From: Nemertoderma westbladi
Lineage: Eukaryota; Animalia; Xenacoelomorpha
Direction of reading: 5' to 3'
Length of the DNA stretch: 38,138 bases
Assembly: GCA_032718475.1 (NCBI GenBank)
Contig: JAUCBJ010002562.1
Location: forward strand, 1-38,138
Shown: piece by piece, positions 33,986 to 38,138 of the stretch
Layout of the letters: each line of letters starts with the position of its first letter
Numbering within the stretch: the first letter of the stretch is position 1
Notes under the pieces: model-generated
What the model was told of the DNA's origin: nothing
Databases searched by the model: none
The model's input: only the letters and a program-made list of their open reading frames with translations
Made by a program: the position numbers and the translations under genes

Positions 33986-34068
33986 TTTAACATACATATT
34001 ATTTCATCTCGCGCTCCCAAGTCCGACAAACAGGTTTGCAGCTTCTCCTGTGATTGGTGGTAATGTTC
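33937..34068 (-). CDS. PMFBP1: PMFBP1-like coiled-coil protein, internal exon (EHYHQSQEKL...VELAGTEEKLRHTTQE); 3' end given at the first donor of the array
   Basis: Acceptor TTTATCCAACAG|, donor GAG|GTTAGT, 44 codons, phase 0/0. Confidence 0.82.
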
Positions 34069-34591
34069 CTGTTGGATAAATAGCATTTTATTAAAGAAAA
34101 CGTCTTCCAAGCAACAATAATGGACATAATTCACTCGCCATTCCATTAATTATGGTTATTACAGTCAGTAATAACTAAGGGGAAATAATAAGGTTCGGAT
34201 GTCCGAAAGGGGGTGGGTGGATAATATCGGACATGCTTGGACAGGGGGGGGGGGGGGGTGGGGGTAATTCAGAGAATCATACGAATCCATGAATAAGATA
34301 AAGTGGCCAATATAGTATTTTACAAATCTATACAAATGTAGGCCTAGTGTAGCAAAAGTCAGAAAATTAAAAAAAAAAACAAGAAAAAAACTGGCGCACC
34401 CACTAAGGAGGGGAAAGATGGGGAAACTATCTCTGTTTCAAAAAAAATGGCAAGCTACTATATTGAGACAATATATTCCTAGGCATGGTGCAGGGAGCCT
34501 GAGCGTAATTACCTGTATTGTAGATGTATTTGTTTCTCTATAATTAATATCGTAGTGTGCGGTATACCGGTATAACATGCGATATGATTAC

Positions 34592-34711
34592 CTGTAATGA
34601 ATCACGTTGTTGTTCAACATTCCCGATTTCAATAACTGATTGTTTGTTGAATTCCTTGAGTTTTCTAACTTCATCTGTCATTAGTTTTAATTTCTCTTCA
34701 AGTGATCGGTT
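34592..34711 (-). CDS. PMFBP1: PMFBP1-like coiled-coil protein, internal exon (NRSLEEKLKLMTDEVRKLKEF...RDSLQ), not in the ORF track
   Basis: Acceptor CTTTTTCGTTTAG|, donor CAG|GTAATC, 40 stop-free codons, phase 0/0, coiled-coil composition. Confidence 0.85.
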
Positions 34712-34786
34712 CTAAACGAAAAAGTTCGGTAATATACAAAGCTGCACTGCAGATAACTGAAACAGCATTGTTAGTTATTAATTAAT

Positions 34787-35503
34787 TGGGGTGCTGAATC
34801 CTGAACTGAACCGAATGTAAAACGGCTGGGGTGCTGAATCCTGAACCGAGTGTAAACGGCTGGGGTGCTGAATCCTGAACCGAGTGTAAACGGCTGGGGT
34901 GCTGAATCCTGAACCGAGTGTAAACGGCTGGGGTGCTGAATCCTGAACCGAGTGTAAACGGCTGGGGTGCTGAATCCTGAACCGAGTGTAAACGTCTGGG
35001 GTGCTGAATCCTGAACCCAGTGTAAACGGCTGGGTGTGCTGAATCCTGAACCGAGTGTAAACGGCTGGGGTGCTGAATCCTGAACCGAGTGTAAACGGCT
35101 GGGGTGCTGAATCCTGAACCGAGTGTAAACGGCTGGGGTGCTGAATCCTGAACCGAGTGTAAACGGCTGGGGTGCTGAATCCTGAACCGAGTGTAAACGG
35201 CTGGGGTGCTGAATCCTGAACCGAGTGTAAACGGCTGGGGTGCTGAATCCTGAACCGAGTGTAAACGGCTGGGGTGCTGAATCCTGAACCGAGTGTAAAC
35301 GGCTGGGGTGCTGAATCCTGAACCGAGTGTAAACGGCTGGGGTGCTGAATCCTGAACCGAGTGTAAACGGCTGGGTTGCTGAATCCTGAACCGAGTGTAA
35401 ACGGCTGGGGTGCTGAATCCTGAACCGAGTGTAAACGGCTGGGGTGCTGAATCCTGAACCGAGTGTAAACGGCTGGGGTGCTGAATCCTGAACCGAGTGT
35501 AAA
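34787..35503. repeat. 34-bp intronic tandem repeat GGCTGGGGTGCTGAATCCTGAACCGAGTGTAAAC
   Basis: Period 34, about 21 nearly identical copies. Confidence 0.97.
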
Positions 35504-36019
35504 CCGCGTATTGGAATTGTTATTAAATTCGGAACTCAGAAAAAACGTTATTTCACATTATATTGAATCAGGAAGGGAATGCAATCCAAGGCCAAGTATA
35601 TAGGACGTAAGTCCAGGTGAGCCTTAGCGTAGGGGCCGGTCTGTCATCGTCGTTGCGTTGTCGAAAATGTTTGAACGCTAATAAGTCGGTCAATATTTGA
35701 TGGAATGAAACCAAACTTTTTACACACACATACAGAACGCGATCGTGGGGCATCGCGTAGCACGCGAACTTGAGCAAATTCGAAACAAGTTCGATTTGAT
35801 CTGGTGTCAAAGTTCGAGAGGTATCCTAACGAAAGGTTCCTAACGAAGTGAGGTTGGTAACAGAGGCGAGTAATATTAAGGGATGGACTGCTCGTACCGC
35901 CTACAGTAATCGTAATGCTCTGCAACCAACTCAATTATTCCCAAACCACAAGTGACTTCAGACTGTACGGTATCAGGTCTGACTTGGTCCGCCTTAATTG
36001 CTTGTTAAATTCAAACCAA

Positions 36020-36076
36020 CCAACCGACAGGGTATAATCCAACCGACAGGGTATAATCCAACCGACAGGGTATAAT
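36020..36076. repeat. 19-bp tandem repeat x3 (CCAACCGACAGGGTATAAT)
   Basis: Three exact adjacent copies. Confidence 0.9.
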
Positions 36077-36178
36077 TGTTTTATTTAAATGATATAATGC
36101 GCATCTACTATCAGATTTATAAAGTTAAGTAGCTACGTTAGGGTGAATAGATCCATTACCAAGATGATTTAAACTTAC

Positions 36179-36421
36179 ATCTTTAGAAAGAGATTGAGCA
36201 TCCTGTTGCAATCGAATTAATTCAGCCTTCATGTTGTTACCCTTGGCGCTCTTATCCCTCAGCTGTGCTATTGTACTCTTGTGTTGGTCCTCCAAGGAGT
36301 TGAGATTGCTCTGTAAATGATTGGCATTGCGTTGGGAGTCCTGCAGTTGCGACTGCGTCGTCTGATACCGATCGTCGGATTTATTCATATCGATTCGTAA
36401 CTGTTTCATTGTCATTTCGTA
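36179..36421 (-). CDS. PMFBP1: PMFBP1-like coiled-coil protein, internal exon (YEMTMKQLRID...AQSLSKD)
   Basis: Acceptor ATATTTCTAG|, donor GAT|GTAAGT, 81 codons, phase 0/0. Confidence 0.87.
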
Positions 36422-36810
36422 CTAGAAATATTCAAACACATTAATAAATTTATATATCCAAATTGCTCGAATTTTATTTATTTACTTTTGTTAATATTAC
36501 TTATATTCGCAAGACAAGGATCAACCACATCATAATTTGGCATATCTATAACAAGTTGTGTTGATTTCTGACCAAATAAAAATCTATTATTTTATATTTG
36601 GTTAATGGGAATAAGCTCCTGTGTAGTTATGTACTTATTGATACCCTACCGAGTATACACCACAGTAAATTGATTGCTTAATAATAAACATAAAGATATT
36701 AATTTGTTCATAATAATATTATTGAAATAATTATAAAAAATAAAAATATTGTTATTATTTAAGATTTAATTATTAAGTAGCATAATTTTGCTAATTGGTT
36801 TATTTATTAC

Positions 36811-36987
36811 CTTAGATACATCGTCCACATGTTGTCTCGCTAATCTATCAGCATCCTCTAGCTGTGATCGTGTCTTACTCAGCTGTGATTCTCTTTGCTG
36901 CAGTTCTTCGAGGAGGTTGTTAAACTTTCTCTGTAACAGTTCCACAGCGTCAGAAAGTTCACCGTTATGATTCTCAGAATCCCGCAA
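36811..36987 (-). CDS. PMFBP1: PMFBP1-like coiled-coil protein, internal exon (LRDSENHNGEL...HVDDVSK)
   Basis: Acceptor TTGTTGTTGTAG|, donor AAG|GTAATA, 59 codons, phase 0/0. Confidence 0.85.
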
Positions 36988-38008
36988 CTACAACAACAAA
37001 TGTTAGATTTTATGTGCAAAGGAAAGAAAAGAAAACTTATATATAGTTGGAAATTTCACCTCAAATTATACAACCCAATAGCCGATATAGATCAGTATAG
37101 ATGTGTGAGATTATACATTTGATAAATATAATATAGTCGAACGACAACGCCCCTAAGCAGGACGCAATGTTGTCGTAAATATACTCAATCAATATTGACT
37201 TGCTGAATTTTCTGATATTGAGGCGGCCTCAGTTAAGTTTAAATTATTCTCAAATATAAAGATAGTCATCAGACTTTTGCGATACTTTGTTATTATTTTT
37301 ATGATATTTAATTTCGAGAAAATGAAGTACAAAACTCTCCCGGAAGGTATAAAATATGAGTAGCGCAAACTAAAATACATCTAGCGACGGCGGTCAATAT
37401 AGATATGTTTACTTATCTGCATCCTTTCATGATCTTTTGTAAATACCTCCCTTTATGGGACGAATCTCACTGACCAACCTACCTTAGGATCGGAAACAGA
37501 CTATTATAAGTAAAAAACAAAAACACCGTTTTCTTGACTCATTATTCACAGTTCAACGAAATTCAACTTTTTTGTTTCAACTATTGTTTACAGGAATTGG
37601 CGAAAATGTCAACAATTAAAGGAAAACTCAACAAACGACGGCATAATATCTCAATTTCATTAAACAAAATGAATATAAATGGGAGTGTTTTCCATTACGT
37701 TTTAAATCGCACTGTTTCATTTGAAAAAATAACACCGTCAGCGGTGACACTGTTTACGTCTAAATACTGTGTACAAAGACCATTATACAGCTGATTGTAA
37801 CCATGTAACTAAGTAACTACACGATATGTGAGCTGTATGGTGAAAATTAGTGAAAAGGGTATAATATTTGTTTTTTCTAACTTTGAAATTTCAGAAAAAT
37901 AGTACTTTTTCACATTTTTTTTAAATTAGTAAAAAAGTTTTTAAAATATAGCAAGAAAAGGCGTATTGTTACCATCCCCTATTCCTCCCAGAAGACGTTC
38001 ACTCTAAC

Positions 38009-38138
38009 CTTATTAAGAAGATCTCTGTGATGCGTCTCTAATGACTTGGCTTCTCTCTGTAAGTCTTCGATGCAGTGCTTAGAAGATTGCAACTCCTTGA
38101 GGGATTCGGCGTGGTTGAGCTTCTCTTCTGCGTGGCTT
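38009..38138 (-). CDS. PMFBP1: PMFBP1-like coiled-coil protein, exon truncated by the window edge (SHAEEKLNHAESLKEL...HRDLLNK)
   Basis: Stop-free coiled-coil frame ending AAG|GTTAGA, phase 0. Confidence 0.8.

Noticed and set aside
31065-34063. Plus-strand Cys-rich ORFs (CRSFSSVPASSTCLCTALTSWVV)n
   Set aside because: Antisense shadow of the 69-bp array, whose unit derives from a minus-strand exon.
5751-35503. CRISPR arrays (units of 23-44 bp)
   Set aside because: All arrays are head-to-tail with no unique spacers, there are no cas genes, and the context is eukaryotic with spliceosomal introns.

Overview
AT-rich, repeat-dense eukaryotic (invertebrate animal-like) genomic DNA, not prokaryotic. 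Three genes are well supported. (1) A single-ORF raw/OLRN-1-like gene (3908-5767, +) built as two [EF-hand-like + nucleoside-2-deoxyribosyltransferase-like] modules. (2) The 3' part (9 exons, about 579 aa seen, every junction phase-compatible) of a minus-strand coiled-coil gene resembling PMFBP1, running from beyond 38138 down to 15570. (3) A single-coding-exon MIS18BP1/KNL2-like SANTA-domain gene (27117-29321, +) nested antisense in that gene's roughly 15 kb intron. Mobile DNA includes a decayed Bel/Pao LTR-retrotransposon pol remnant, an internally deleted RTE-like LINE plus an inverted 3' fragment, three non-autonomous TIR elements and a probable tRNA-derived SINE. The most unusual signal is that four large tandem arrays are each seeded exactly at a gene-structure boundary: a 69-bp array copies an exon end plus 5' splice site 42 times, a 35-bp array copies another donor, a 44-bp array copies a 3' splice site with the AG lost in most copies, and a 23-bp array copies the raw stop codon. 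Gene names come from remembered motif similarity; no database search was run.
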